From positions 117,490,001 through 117,554,000 of the forward strand of contig OX597822.1 of NCBI GenBank assembly GCA_951406725.2: a stretch of 64,000 nucleotides of DNA, read 5' to 3'. The notes under the pieces are model-generated. The model was given only the letters and a program-made list of their open reading frames with translations, ran no database searches and was not told the DNA's origin. Shown piece after piece: positions 1-14,947 of this stretch. Position 1 is the first letter of the stretch. Each line of letters starts with the position of its first letter. The position numbers and the translations under genes were made by a program. This stretch comes from Octopus vulgaris. Lineage: Eukaryota.

Positions 1-95
1 GACTAGAGATATCAACCAACTAACAAACCGATATTTTCATCCGTTATTGTTATGTGGTGATATTGAAGTTTATGTCCGTATACATTTATTTAAAA

Positions 96-1018
96 CTAGC
101 CTTGGAGCCGCCCTTCGGGCAACGTTCTGGCTAACTCGTGCGGAGGACACCTTTGAGGCCTTCGGGATCCATTTTCCATCTTTCTTTTTTTTTTCACTTT
201 ATTCTAACGATGAAAACTTGCGACACTTTCACGGAGTTATGTGCTTCCAAACTCACTGTAGTAATTAATTAATTTCATATTTTTAAACTTGAACCCCCCT
301 TCGTACTAAGCAAGTGAAATGTATGACTATCATGACTATCACAATTTTCCCCTCACTTCACCATTGCCGAAAAAATATCAAAATGCGATTGAGATAAAAT
401 GTATAGGATCCATTTCCTCTCAATCTCATTCTATCTTCTATTACAAATCTTTAAGAGGATACCGTAACCGGAACAGGAAAATTAGTTTTCCAGTTACGAA
501 ATATAAATATCCACAATATTACACCTGAAACGTACCTGTTATAACTCTTTATCTCGATTCGAATGTATGTGAAAGCACTTAGGATGCCCAAACATAATTC
601 TGCAAATGTGCTAAGCACTGATGCTGATCATAGTTTAATCAATAAGCGTAGGAGCGAGGTAAATGCAGTAAAAATAGTGAGGGAGGGGTCAGCGAGGCTC
701 AGAAATTGAGCGGCCCTTCAGAAATTGAACCTCCTTCCGATACTCCCTGGGAGTTCATGGTATGAAATTCATTGTCATTGCTCTGATTCGGTCGCCAATG
801 CTTTATACTTAGTTCAAAACGCAGTAAAAATAAGGTGGTGGGGGGTCAGCGGGGGCCTCAATTGGGTTGCCCTTAAAAAATAGACCCCTTAGGACATTCC
901 CTGGGATCAGGGGAGTTGCTGGTTTAAGTTTCGTTGTCCTTGCACCAACGATCTAGGAGGAGTTAACGAATATAAAAACATAACGGACAGAGAAACATCA
1001 CTCAAATATATTTCAAGA
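96..1018 (-). mobile_element. Non-autonomous Helitron-like element
   Basis: Minus strand ends in hairpin GCCCGAAGGGC (110-120) then CTAG (96-99) before T. The opposite end reads aTCttg near 1018, preceded by a cggacagag motif. Internal ~150-bp diverged duplication (665-800 / 820-950). Confidence 0.6.
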
Positions 1019-1226
1019 TTAGGCCCAACAGACTAACTTCAAAGTAAGACTAAATACACACGGATATGATCCGCGTATTTATCTATTAATGGCCTGCAAA
1101 GCACACGATGTATTGGTGCTCCCCCAAAATATAATGATTAATATGAAAAAGATAATACGGGAATATACTTGACATCAGAAATACCAGTCCAAGTTGTTAA
1201 GATGACGTAATTTTCTAAATCCTTTA

Positions 1227-1229
<3 letters not shown>

Positions 1230-1272
<43 letters not shown>
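1230..1272. repeat. (CT)n microsatellite at SINE-A tail
   Basis: Perfect CT run directly abutting the SINE-A 3' end. Confidence 0.95.
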
Positions 1273-1278
<6 letters not shown>

Positions 1279-1461
1279 TTTTTTACTTGTTTCAGTCATT
1301 TGTCTGTGGCCATGCTGGAGCACCGCCTTTTGTCGAGAAAATCGACCCCAGGACTTATTCTTTGTAAGCCTAGTACTTATTCTATCGGTCTCTTTTGTCG
1401 AACCGCTAAGTGACGGGGACGTAAACACACCAGCATCGATTGTCAAGCGATGTTGGGATGA

Positions 1462-1522
<61 letters not shown>

Positions 1523-1683
1523 GACTGGCTTCTCTCAGTTTCCATCTACCAAATTCACTCACAGGGCTTTGGTTGGCTCGAGGCTATAGTAGAAGACACT
1601 TGCCCAAGGCGCCACGCAGTGGGACTGTATCCGGAACCATGTGGTTCGTAAGCAAGCTACTTACCACAACCACTTCTACGCCT
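1271..1683 (-). mobile_element. tRNA-derived SINE family A (CORE-like, internal (CA)n(TA)n)
   Basis: Near-identical to copies at 9141, 21961 and 62910; tRNA-like head with A/B boxes on the minus strand. Confidence 0.9.
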
Positions 1684-1959
1684 ATAGACAAAGTACTATT
1701 TCTAGAAATAGTTATTGTGGATAAAACTGAATTGAGTAAATAGTCGAAACGGTTTTCTGTACACCAAAAATCTGTAGATTTGTCTTAGATTTAATTAGAA
1801 TCCATTAGTTGTAGCGACAACTCTATGCTAGAAGGAATAGCCACAAATAGGATTCCACGTTGCTTGATTGTACAGTGAAGGAAACGAATGCTTAGCAAAT
1901 GTATAGGAATTATTTTACATATATGGAAGAGTTTATTTTTACTTTTATCCTTGTATATC

Positions 1960-2300
1960 TTATCTTTTCTTTAGCCATTGGTTGCGACCATGTCGAGTCA
2001 CTGAGGGTTTTAATTGAACAAATCAACTCTAGTAATTATTTTCTTTTTATCCGAACGTAAACAAACCATCACCAGTTGTCAAACGGTGTGGTGGGCAAAC
2101 ACAAACACACACCTTTGTATATATATATAATAATGTATCACACGCACAGACATACGACGGGCTTCTTTCAGTTACCACCCATCAAATTCCCTCACATGAC
2201 TTTGGTCGACACAGGGATATCATGGAAGACACTTGTCCAATGTGCCACGTAGAGGAACTGAACTTGGAAGCATGCAAACATTTTATCATACAGCCAAACC
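1960..2300 (-). mobile_element. Degenerate SINE-A copy
   Basis: Motifs acgacgggcttctttcagtt and gaagacacttgtccaatgtgccacg are retained. Confidence 0.7.
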
Positions 2301-2599
2301 CTTGTTTATAGATATAGTGAATTAATTCAAAAGACAACATCGACAATTGTAAAACTTTACACATCTCTATTAATACTCGGTCATTTTCAATGTCACACAG
2401 AGCGTATAATATCTGCGATGAGATTTAAATGATAATTTCACTATAGTAACAATGGAAATGGATTTTCTTTCGGCAACTGACAGAAATAATCTACTGCTTT
2501 GAGTAAGTTTTCAACTAAGAACGTGTCTCGTATTGCGACTAGCTGAATAAAAACTTCCTTTATAGCAGACATTCTGTTGTTGGAACAAATGAAGAATGT

Positions 2600-2790
2600 G
2601 TAACCGTAAGTTATAATAGCTTGTGAACTGTAAGATGCAATGATCTGTGAGCTATTCACTACAGCCGCTTGTAAAAGTAAGCTGTGTTTTGTGACAGCAT
2701 TTTAAGCTGCAATGGCTAGTAAATGTAAGCTACAATAGATTGTGAACTGCAGTGGTTTGTGCTTGTAGTTTAAGCTGCAATGACTTCTAA
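2600..2790. repeat. Degenerate ~24-bp minisatellite (taagctgcaatgacttgtgaactg-like)
   Basis: Recurring aagctgcaatg and ttgtgaactg units. Confidence 0.6.
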
Positions 2791-2814
2791 GAATAAACCA
2801 TGTGGGCTTGCAAT

Positions 2815-3045
2815 AATCGTGTGGTTAAGAAGCTCTCTCTACAACCACATGGTTTCAAGTTCAGTCGCACTTGGGTAAGCGTCTTTTAGTGCCACCCGTA
2901 ACTTAGCGTTTCAACAAAGAGAGCGATAGAATAAATATCATACTTTAAAAAAGAAAATAAGTACTGAGGTGAAGCTGTTCGACTAAAACCCTTCAAGGTG
3001 GTGCTGAAGCATATCTATAGTCCAGTGACTGAAACAAGTAAAATA
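2815..3045 (+). mobile_element. Internally deleted SINE-A copy
   Basis: Head gtgtggttaagaagc...caaccacatggtttcaagttcagtc and tail gactgaaacaagtaaaa. Confidence 0.7.
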
Positions 3046-3329
3046 AAAATCCGTTCATATTTTCCATATTCACGAAATGTGTCGAAATGGTTTGTCCACG
3101 CTTTGAAAGCGAAGGCTGAGTGAACTATTTAAGTCGAAGTAAGTGTTACTAGCTCATAAGCGATCTGTACAGTTGTTGGTTGCTGTAATGATTGCTATAA
3201 TGTCTACAGGTCTACAGGTCTGTTTTGTATAATTTTGGCGAAAAATTAACCCCCAAAACGCCATCTGGTGAGCATGTTAAAATGTGAAGTCATTTAGTTT
3301 ATTGGATGCATGACTATTTGCTAGTCTAG

Positions 3330-4130
3330 AGAAGATGCAGAGCTCCATGTAGAAGCCCCAACGTGGAGAAGCCAAAGCTGCAGAGGCGGAGCTCTGAGCT
3401 GAAGCGTTGGTTTCTGGTGTCACAGAGGCAGAGCTCTTTTAACAGAACTTGAATTATCATTTCAAGGCTGTAGCCCCACCAATTAACTTCCTTCGATCTG
3501 GTTATCTTCAGAACCCTTACCTCTTCCTCCATTCCGTGTATGACTGCTGCCACTAGCCATACCTCTTCGATCTCAGGGGTGGGACGCTCTGTCGACTCTC
3601 ACTCTGGCAACACGTTTGCCACAGTACATCGGCAGCAGCACCCATTCTTGTGTCCTTATTGGATAAAAGTGGTTAATAGCGTCCTCGTCACTGGAGAACC
3701 TAACCTCCACTGTGCCGTATTTTCTTCCTCATGTATAGGAGGTGGTTAATCCTCTCCCTTCACCTAGACATTCCTCTATTGCCTCTATTGGGCCAATCCT
3801 GTACACAACCGTCTTCCTTGCTACATTCTTCGTCACTTCTTCTGGTGGGGTCAGCTTTAAACTGGCCCCTTCTTTTGTAACAATTTGTTTCCTTTTTTCC
3901 ATTCCTTTCTCTCTATTATTATCTCGCGAACTTCAAGGGTGTTGGTTGTAATACCTTGTGGGGTTGCGGATGCATAACTTGCGATACGTTCCATTTCTCT
4001 TTTCACCACTTCACCCATAATGGGGAAGAAACATATTTTTCAAAAGCTAGCACACACAACGACAGAAATTCAACAGTTTAAACAATTCAACGAATCTTGG
4101 TTCCCCCGTGCGGGGAGACTTACCACAAAC
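3330..4130 (-). pseudogene. Decayed LINE ORF1 (RRM/gag-like) remnant with putative 5' UTR
   Basis: Stitched minus-strand frames give ...GTVEVRFSSDEDA...PMYCGKRVARVRV...EIEEVWLVAAVIHG..., resembling L1/Tx1-type ORF1, with stops and a frameshift. ATG at ~4018. Confidence 0.5.
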
Positions 4131-5627
4131 ATATAATAACAGCATGTAACAATAACAGTGTGTAACAGTTCGAACTTACGTCAAAGAAACTACTACCAAC
4201 ACCCTTCCATAGTGAATTGGATAGTGTACAGTTCAGTTGGTAGGCCAAAATCGAAAGTTTGTAGATATTCTTTATTTTGGCACTACGGCTTCGTACATTC
4301 GTACATCCTTATGCAGTCACCCCTTTTGGGTATAATTGGTTCTCTACAAATTAAGGTTTATTCAGGATTTGAAAATGAAAATAACTGAAACATCAGAAGT
4401 TTATTATGGATTAGGAGTACTCCATCTTCAGCGAATATATTTTTGACAATCCATTCTCGTAAAACCTTTCATTATTCAAACTATATCTACATTAAAGATT
4501 TGGGAAAAATACCCAGGGACACGCTCTGCATGAAAACTATAAATTAAGTGATGTAATACGCCTAAAATAAAAACTAAACTAAAATTACATCCATAGCATA
4601 TAGATAGAGTCATTAAGGGAGAGTCATTAGGGAGAGTCATTAGTTTAATTATTAATCTTCCGACGAAAGGTAAAAATGACAATTCAATTCATCAAAATTA
4701 ATTAGAAATAAAAGGTGGTCAATGCAAAGAGGCAATGAGCGATCATATTAGTATAGTGATAACTTCTGGCATGTTTCGTGCTTATCAGACCTTCTCAGCT
4801 GTTCTTAGGGAAATATAGTGTTTATCAGTATTTTCAGGCACAAATAACATTGTTTTGAATTAAAAATTCGGTGTTGTTTACCCTCCATTCACAATAACTA
4901 AACTCAACGCCGCAAAGGAACGAAATATCGATGAGTTTTACATACTCTCAGCTTCTTTTTGAAGTTATCCGTATCATCCATTACATTTATCTACAATAAA
5001 ACTCAATCCCCAGAAATCTCATTCTTCTGTCTTAAAAAATCTCTAGGACAAAAGAAAACGAAATGCACAATGGATAATGTAGTCTTAGATATACTATGCC
5101 TGAAAAAAAAAAGACGGAATGTTAATAGTCTGAATTTCTTTGATCATCTGCTTGCTTAGTCAGAGCTGACCTGGAGCTCAACAACAGCAATGACTAAATG
5201 AATAGAGTCATTAAGTGCCCTGTTTGACGCCATATCGATTCTGTCGTCTGCTGCTCTCAGAAATTATATAAAATGTATTACAATATCTCTTCTTTACAAT
5301 AAAACTAACTTTCACTTTCTCTTTGAACAACTTCTGACCCTTATGCATCAGTTTCGTTTGATATCGAGCGACGAATCACTAAATATTGCATGGATTAGTC
5401 ATAAGCTTTCATTAGAAGCAGCTCAAAGACGTGTTAGCCAGGATATAGGGTATGCTAGAAAGAAAGAAGCTTTTCAGCAGACACACGTTTTAGACTTATA
5501 TCACCAGATACAATAAATCTCTTATAGGCTTAAGTGTCTCTTCTAAAAGTTCGGTTTTGTTATACTCAGTTCGGTATCTATCTGAAAATATGTTTATGCA
5601 TTCAAATTTTCTTTATGACGTTACTGA

Positions 5628-5790
5628 TACATACATACATACATACACACACACATACATACATACATACATACATACATACATTCATACATACATACAG
5701 ACATACATACATACATAACATACATACATACATACATACATACATACATTCATACACACATACGTACGTACATATGTATGTACGTATGCG
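5628..5790. repeat. (CATA)n microsatellite
   Basis: Direct inspection. Confidence 0.95.
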
Positions 5791-6633
5791 CACATTAATC
5801 TGATGAGTATGTTTGATTCGAACATAAAAATGCTTCTTGAAAAGACCTCCATTTCAATAGTCAGACCTAAGTGGTAATAACGAATGTAAGGATGGAGAGA
5901 TGAATGGATGCGACGGAGACAATAGAGTATATTGTGAACTTTATTTTAAGATTGCCTACTATTTTCATGTGGTATCTGTCAAAGAAATTGGTCTGTGTTA
6001 GCAGAGGGAACTAACAATGAATATTGTTTTTATAATTTTGCACAGAGATGAATGTTATTAGAGTGCTATTGTTACTTTGAGATTTGAATGCATTAACTAC
6101 TCTAAATGAAATCTGCAACGAAAAAACAACAACAACAACAAAAGATAAAAAAAATGAAGTATTAGTTCACTTAAATATACAAAAACAAAAGAAGCGTTTC
6201 TGGGATTATGCAGATAAATTTATAAAATTTTAAATGTTGTGTAGAAATTTGTTATCCATATTTCAGAAAATATATTTTTTTATGGTTATTTATTTAGATT
6301 TTAAAATCAATATAACATTATATTTGTTGTGTAGTATAATGCAACAATCTGCTTAGTAGATCAGCTTCTTTGAACTTTTCCTGTTTTATCGTAAAGAGCT
6401 TGCAGAACTCTTGGTTCAGGCCAATATAAGTAAAGTTTAATTTATGGGACTGCCATCATAATTTACTGAAAGAAAAAGAATTCTGTTTATAAATAAAGAC
6501 GTATTTGCTGCGAAGTAAGCATATAACTGTAAATAATATTTCTATTCTTTGAGGTTGTGGCAAATAATGTTTCATACGAGAAACCAGGTATCCGCTTGAC
6601 TCGGGTTTTATAAAATTAACGTTACTCAATTCG

Positions 6634-6849
6634 AAGGCGGCGAGGTGGCAGAATGGTTAGCACGCCTGGCAAAATGCTCAGCGGCATTTCACACATCTCT
6701 ACATTCTGAGTTCAAATTCCGCGAAGGTCGACTTTGCCTTTCATCTTTCGGAGTCGGTAAAATAAGCACCAGCTGATTACTGGGGTCAACGTAATCGGCT
6801 AGCCCTTACCCAAAAATTTCAGGCCTTGTGTTTGTAGCAGAAAGGACTA
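6634..6849 (+). mobile_element. tRNA-derived SINE family B
   Basis: Head aaggcggcgaggtggcagaatggttagcacg, B box gagttcaaattcc, core gtcgactttgcctttcatc. Flanked by 13-bp TSD ttactca(a/g)ttcga. Confidence 0.88.
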
Positions 6850-8334
6850 TTACTCAGTTCGACAAGAGAGATAACAGAATTTAATTAATGCGACTGACTC
6901 TGGAGAATTGGTTATAACTATGGATTCTTATAGCTTCGCATGGCAGGTTATATTTTGTGATCAGAGAAGAAAAACAAAATGATATTTTGTGTGAATTAGA
7001 AGCCACAATCTATTCTTTTACTTGTTTCAGTTTAGAAGCTGGAGGAGAGCCATTTTGTTTAGTTCAGAATTCTAAACATTTATGTTGAAGTGCAAAATAA
7101 AATTATCGATTTTTAATGTCTAAAATATATTTTAGCACTGTATTAGATTTTAAAATTAATAGTTAATTTACTTTACAATTACAATGTTTTTCACCAATAA
7201 TCCTCTCTTTAGTGATGAAATATGTTTTAAATATTTACATATACACTACGTTTAGATTCGTTTCACCTATGATCAAAAGTGTTACTCTGTGTTTATGCAT
7301 ACTTCCTGACTTGATCAAATAAGATACCTATATTTTCAAGACAAAACACCCGAATCCGGCAGTATGTTCATATCCAGGAATAACAAACATCACAACTCAA
7401 ACCGACCGAAAGGTTGATAATATAGCGATATGACAGTGCAGTTTGAACTATTGCATTCATATTTTCCAGCTTCGGACCACGGCTGTCATAAAAGGAATCT
7501 ATTTCACGCGACCAGTTAGATCGCTTGGTGGGCTGAAATCTTGCCGCCACGTTACTTACAGAATGTTCTGGTGCTTTTTACTGACGCTATATAAAAAGTG
7601 AGAAAATTTCTGAAAAGAGAGCTATCAGATTCCACGGGAGGTAATGCCGTTTTTCTCAGTGTGATGGCCTCTGAATTATTTTACCTTTGAATATTGATAA
7701 CGGTTAAAGACATCACGTAGAATAATTATGTCAGTAAATCGCGCGAAAAGTCGTTCATATTTCCTTATCTTAAACTGTCCTCGCTATAAATGAATCACTG
7801 TTGCAGTAACTAAATGTTCTTTTATTTGTTAATTCTGAAATATTGTTATTTATTCAAATGCTGTAAAAATCTGTACATTACGTTCCCAGTTAAATAAACA
7901 GAATAAAAAAAATTTCATCGATTATTTAATAACTACTTAACACCCACACTAAAATATAAATATTGAAGACGTGTTTCATCTCTAAATTATAACTGTTAAC
8001 AATAATTCATCGCAGACATTTTGTCGCTCAGTCATCTCTGTTCGTTTTCAAAATAATATAACACTTTTGACTGATTATTTTTGATGTAAAATATATCGCG
8101 CCAGAGAAAGACAAGCGGAGCATGCTAATTATATCCACACCAATAAATGTTAAATAATGTTAAATGAGTTAAAATGAAGTGAAGTTAACCTGAAAGAAGG
8201 ACCAACTCATCTAGATAATTAATATTACATTAGATGCAATCTTGTTAATGATAATTACAATTTCGGAAAGAATTCTAAAAACGAAATATCATTTAAGAAA
8301 TAATGATTCGCGTTCATAGGAACAAAATTATAAT

Positions 8335-8510
8335 TTTAGGAGGAGGCAACCAGTCGATAATATCAACCTTAGTGTTTAAATTATTTTATCGCCCCCCCCC
8401 CCATCCACCATCAAAGAATGAAAAGCAAAGCCGACCTTCATGGTGTTGAAACTCAGAACATAAAGAGCCAAAACGTAAAACAGCTTTAACGATTCTACCA
8501 ACCTCCGCTC
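8335..8510 (-). mobile_element. Degenerate SINE-B copy
   Basis: aaagaatgaaaagcaaagccgacc...gaaactcagaac matches the reverse-complemented core. Confidence 0.6.
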
Positions 8511-9140
8511 TAGACAGGAAATAATGAACTATTCTAGAAAGCATTCGAAAGATGAGAGTATTTAGACGAAGTTGCTGGAAGATAACTTTACAACAGAAAG
8601 AAGCTAAAATAAAAAAAATAAGCTAAATTTTATCAAAGAATCTCATTATGTCTTCCAATTATTGTTATGTTCTTTGTAGTTTAATTGAGGAGATGGCCAC
8701 AGAAGATTCCAGCTTGAAATTTTAATGATCAAAAAACATATTTAAAGTTCTGGAAAATCTGTCACACTTCAAAGATTATAATCCAGTGAAAAACAATCAA
8801 TAACGATGACAGTTAATCCCAAACACGGAACTCAAAACGAGAAATTTAATCAAATTGACAATAAAATTAATGTTTCTACAAACAAGATGGTCAACACAAC
8901 TTCAGTTTATTTGAAGAAAGAACAGAAATCTGCTTAACAAAGCGATCTTTTCCTCTCCCTCTGGAGCTGAGATGATAAATAAATACATTTTGCGTCTCTG
9001 GTCACTCTCTTGAGGAAAACAAAATATGGATTGAAGTTGCAAACAGTAATATTTCAAGGGAAAAAAACTATCATTCTTAAAAAACATTTAAGTCGTTTCT
9101 AACCTTTTCTCTAGTATTTCTTTTTGTTCTTTAATGCTTT

Positions 9141-9339
9141 CTCTTTTACTTGTTTCAGTCATTTGACTGCGGCCATGCTGGAGCACCGCCTTTAGTCGAG
9201 CAAATCGACCCCAAGACTTGTTCTTTCTAAGCCTAGTACTTATTTTATCGGTCTGTTTTGCCGAACCGCTAAGTTACGGGGACGTAAACACACCAGCATC
9301 GGCTGTCAAGCGATGTTGGGGGGACAACCACAGACACAC

Positions 9340-9390
<51 letters not shown>

Positions 9391-9567
9391 ACATACATAT
9401 GTATACATATATACGACGGGCTTCTTTCAGTTTCCGTCTACCAAATCCACTCACAAGGCTTTGGTCGGCTCGAGGCTATAGTAGAAGACACTTGGCCAAG
9501 ATTCCACGCAGTGTGACTGAACCCGGAACCTTGTGGTTGGTGAGCAAGCTACTTGCCACACAGCCAC
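9141..9567 (-). mobile_element. SINE family A
   Basis: Nearly full-length match to the other SINE-A copies. Confidence 0.9.
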
Positions 9568-11464
9568 GTTCTGTCTGAAATGACAACATTCCTCTCAGTT
9601 GGGTTGGGTCATGTTTTTAGGGAAATGTATTAATGTGCTGAGCAGAAAATAATTCGAAGACTGCAAGTCAGCATGAAGAGTTGTTCTGATTTCATAAAGT
9701 ATGTTCTAACAGTAGGCGGCTAAGTAGCGGAGTCGTTGGTACATCACTCAGATCACTTTACCGTAATCGTTCTGGCAACCATCGCTTTGAATTCAAATCC
9801 TTTTAAAGACAACTTTGCTTTTCATTCTTTGGCCGATGAATAAGGTATTAGTTCTGTAGTAGGATCATTTTTCTCTTTCTTTTTTTTTCCATTTATCTTT
9901 TTTGGAGAAATCTCTTGTGTTCAGATCTGGAGAAAAGTGGTCTCTGCCAGGTCTAAACTTGCTGAAGACGCCGTGTATCATGACGGCGCACCTACAATAC
10001 ACTCAAGGCAATGAGGTTACAACACAAGGTGATTCTACACTAGATATTTGTAACCGTGTGTCTTTGTGAAAAATCATGATTGACCAAAAGTAGAGAACAG
10101 GTGAAAGCTTGAACAGGTGAAAGCTTCCTTGGCAAGGCAACTTTGAAACATGGAAAAGTAGCTTTTAATCCGCTGTTTGTTTTGGGGTAAGAGCAATCGT
10201 GAAATTGATTTGTGAAGCAATATAAAGAAAAATAAAAGTACCATCTAGATTGTGGGTAGCAGATGAAATGAAAGATAGAGTAAGGACCTGGTCATACGTT
10301 TGTACTAGAATAAGAGTGTGTTGTTGTTGTAGAAGAATATCTGCCGAAGGATATCATGGTAATTGGCTGCTCACATTTTCGAGTAGACGGCTTCATATAT
10401 CACAAGCTTGTTATATGTATGGTCAGCTTAGATAGGGTGCTTATAGTACTAAGTTCGGTTTTGCCTTTCATTCCTAATGAATCGATATTTCAAATTCTGC
10501 AATAAACTTGGATCGATCCTACAAACTTTAGCCTCGTTCTTAGACAAAAGGAACACTTACCAAACTATTCAATCTTTCTGTCTGTCTCTACAAGGACATA
10601 CTCCGTTATTTGGAAACACACTGCAGTAACTACAGTGTGTTCCATTCCCAGGAGCAGCGCATAAAGGCTGCACTGTCGCAGAAATCAGGCCTTTTGGATT
10701 CGCTTGCGCAATGACGTGAGTTAATTAGCTTTAGGCCATCCATGAATTCTATTTTAAAACCTAATAGTGTAAAAATAGATGTTTTTTTTTTTGCTGAGAT
10801 TTAATGAAGATATTGTTAATGAGATATGTCATCCGTCTCAATCAGTTGTTCAGAATTATAAACAAAGTGGAACAGGATATTGTTTTGCCATGACATATCA
10901 TTGACGTAAGTGAAACGATTCCAGTCACTGCAATTTCTATACTGTAACTAGGAAAATGTAATAAATGCAATACATCATTGATTAACGGATTCATCTAAAG
11001 AGACAATATTATTCTCCGTTGCTCATTAGTCGGGTCAGCAAAACATTAAAGCGGACGTGTGCATTATTTAGTGCTGCTGCAACTGGATACTGTGACAAGT
11101 TAATAATCCCAATAATAAAACTATTGCATATCACATATAATTGCTGTCGATAATAAAAAGAGAACAAACAAAAAACATGGATATATGATTAGTGAAAGCA
11201 ATACAAAAAGATTCATAAGGTTTTTTTTAGTAGCAGATAGGAAAGTTATATTTTAAGTCAACCATGAAAGTGAACAGTGACATTGGAACGAATGGGAAAG
11301 AGATGTGTTGTTATTACGCGCATTCATGCGTTTATTGTGATTCGATCAACACACATAGTTTAGAAAGGTGGCACTTCTCACCTGTTATATGCCATATTAA
11401 CGAAGAAAAACTACGAAGCCTAATTACAGTGAGACGACCTGAAGAACCAATGAAGAATCCTTCC

Positions 11465-11600
11465 ACTTGCTGGAAATAGCAGATAGCTCTCCTTCAAATC
11501 ACACAATACCGTTATTAACGATGAAGGAAGCTGCTCATAGCTTGGACGCTGTTGATCAAATGTCCACTTAATCAAGGTCGGCCTTGTGTTAAACAACAAC
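11465..11600 (+). mobile_element. Old dispersed repeat family F (SINE-like, (AAC)n tail)
   Basis: gctggaaatagc...ccttcaaatcacac...ttaaacaacaac; homologous to several other copies in the window. Confidence 0.55.
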
Positions 11601-12306
11601 GGTTACAGTTAGAAAAGGACTTGAAAAAAATTACTTGATTTCTTTAAATGGTTTTCTTAGGAGAGAAGAGAATAAACACACCATTTTCAGAGGCCTTCCA
11701 AAATTGTTGAGATGGACGGGTGCAAAAATAGAGGGGTGAGACGGGGATCTGAGAAAGGAGGACGCGCTGACAAGGAATGATTTGACAAAGTTGCTAGTAA
11801 ATGTAGATTTCCCCTAAGAAGAATCCTTTATGGAGCAATCACGGCGGAAGAATGCTTAGAAAGAAGATTCCCAAAAGTTTGCAGAGATATTTTTGGTAAA
11901 GGACTCTAAGGTGTAGCTGCAATTTAGGAGAGCAGAAGAGTTTGCAGGTTTTGTGATGTACGAAGTATGATTTTTCTTTACGGATGGTAGTCATGCATGA
12001 GCTGTGGTGATGGGTAAGTTTCTCTGAGTGCTGTAGGTAGCTGCGTGCGAACCGGCTGGCTGGTTTGGGTTTATGTATTGCATGATGGATATGAAGAGAA
12101 AAGGCCCAGGAGGATGTAAATCGATAAACTAAAAATAGTAGCAGTGATTTCAAGTAGAATCGATAATCAGCATGGGAAATAATGTCAAAGTAGAACTAGT
12201 AGACAAAAATCAAGACAAAAAAAAATAGCAAAAAAAGCAAACTATAATCTATAGAGCAGTTTCAAGGATTGAGTATGGATAATTGATGTTCAATTCTGTA
12301 ATGCGA

Positions 12307-12732
<426 letters not shown>

Positions 12733-14449
12733 TAGGATGGAAACGTTAGGAGAATCATCAGAGACAATTTCCTAGTTGGCAGACAATCAAGCGATGAAAG
12801 ATTATTCATGAGAAAGCAAAAAGAGAGGAAGACAACGATGTAAAGAACATAATACACATTCACGCGTGTACGCACACGCACACACGCACACGCACACACG
12901 CACACACGTGTGTATATATATACATTATATATTTATGCATGATATTGGAAGTGGATGTGGTAGGCTAATATATACACACACATCCGTGAATATTTTTATA
13001 TAAGTATGTATATAAACAGCAAAATTTACAGTGGCATGGTAAGGACAATGTGTGACTCGATTGGAACTACACTGACGAGATAGATTATTAGCTAGATACA
13101 TTGATAGATACATGGATAGAAAGATAGATCGATCTCTAGGAAAATGTACTGTTACATTCAAGCACATATCGCAGACAGTGCACCGTGAGATATAACTGTG
13201 TACGTCGCGAAAATAATATAATTATTGCTGAAAAATGGAGAAAAATACAAACTGAAATTCGTATTTAACTCCTTGATGTTAAATATTGATCTTTCAATAT
13301 TTGAATAAAGAAATTCTTGATAATTGTATTTAATTCAAATTATTTGTGCAAATACTTTTGAATTTATAAACGAAATGCACCAAATGATTTTTATTTGCTG
13401 CAAAGTGTATTACAAGAGAAGAAATAATGAAGAACTACGGCTGCAATGGTTTGGAAACGATGGCACAGACATTTAGGAATCACTGAAGTAAAAGATAAAC
13501 AGAAAATGCAATATTGCATTAACGGTCAGGAAGTTGAATTTGAAGATGGAGAAATTAGAATGATTAGTGGAAGAATCAATGGTCTACGGAAGAAAATAGG
13601 TTGAAAACGGAAAGAGAAACGTTTCTTGAAACTCAGAAGAAACTTAAGCAGTACAAAAATAAAACACTGCAGAAAGAAGATATTTTGTAGGCAAGTCGAA
13701 AAAGTTATGGCTGATTAAACTCTAACTAAAAAAAAAAGCAACAACCCAAAATAGGAAAAATATGGAGAGAAATTGAAGTGGCATTAGAATTGCTTAGGAT
13801 ATACATAGAAAAATGGAGTAACAATTTATTTTCATGGAAATAGTTTTTTGGAATGATTATGTTAAACAGTAGAGTAATACATTGATATTTTGCTTTACGC
13901 TTTCCATGTTTTTTTCCGGATAAATTCTTCCATCTTTAATGAAATATCTCACTTTATAAAATTTTTATTATGTTACAAGTTATGTTAAGCTGATCATTTC
14001 TAAAAATGATGAAATGGGGTTATATAAGATTATTAACGACCAGAAAGTATTAATCAAACAAAGAGAATATTAAATATACAAATTTTATGCATCATTGGAC
14101 TGCGGCCATGCAGGAACACGGCCATGACTGGTTTAGTCGAACAAATCAACCTCACTACTTGTAATTAATTCATTTTATAATTAATTCATTTTAATTATAA
14201 TTAAATTCATTTTAATTTGAAAATTCTTGCCCTTCTTCGAATTATAACGAAATGAATATCTCTTTTGTAATAACTGTGATTGATAGAGGGAACCATTGAT
14301 GGTTTTTCTGGTAGTTCGGACAAAGTAGGGGGGGGGGCGGAATGATTCAGCAAACCACGAAACCAAATAGAAGGACTGCACTAAATGATCAAGTAAACGA
14401 ATCCATGCTGGAGTTCAAAATTATAATACCACTGCGTTGGTGTTTTTGC

Positions 14450-14612
14450 TTTTGTTTAGCCCTAGGTCATACCAATCATAACCTTTTGTACTTTTGCGGT
14501 ATGTCAGACTATAACGTATAGCACGATCTTTCATCAAATAAGGCTTGGTGTGTGTTGAAGAAAATTTGGTTGCTATTTCTGGCGAGTTAACAAACTACGT
14601 AGAGGCTCCTTC
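14450..14612 (-). mobile_element. Repeat family F copy
   Basis: ttgtttagccctaggtc ... tttggttgctatttctggcgag ... gtagaggctcct. Confidence 0.6.
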
Positions 14613-14745
14613 TTCGGTCTAAAATGGTTATTGACGGTACAATTAGTATCATTAAGATATTGTCAGTTTTATACCTTATTATCGATACTAGGTTGTTACT
14701 CATCATATGACGGGTAACTTTATATATATATATATATATATATAT

Positions 14746-14905
14746 AGTTGACATCATGGGTAATATCAGGAAATATGGCATACATATAATAATTATCGTT
14801 TAACTTTTATCAAATTTCTTGGTACTTATGAACTGAATACTAATATAAAAAAAAAAAATTACTTCAAAATAGAATTCAATAAATAAAATTCCTCATTTGT
14901 ATATT
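14746..14905. repeat. AT-rich dispersed repeat family G
   Basis: catgggtaatatcaggaaat...ttatcaaatttcttggt...cctcatttgtata recurs at ~44042 and ~54389. Confidence 0.6.
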
Positions 14906-14947
14906 TGCAATAAATATATGTTATTATTTCTATGGCTTTTATCAACA

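Noticed and set aside
1138-1651. Recurrent ORFs with YDGLLSVSVYQIHSQGFG (also 9313, 22132, 62992)
   Set aside because: Translations of SINE-A copies, not a gene family.
10612-10643. Short hairpin ggaaacacactg...cagtgtgttcc (also gaaaccgcattgcggtttc at 16861)
   Set aside because: Too short for a pre-miRNA and plausible by chance in 64 kb.
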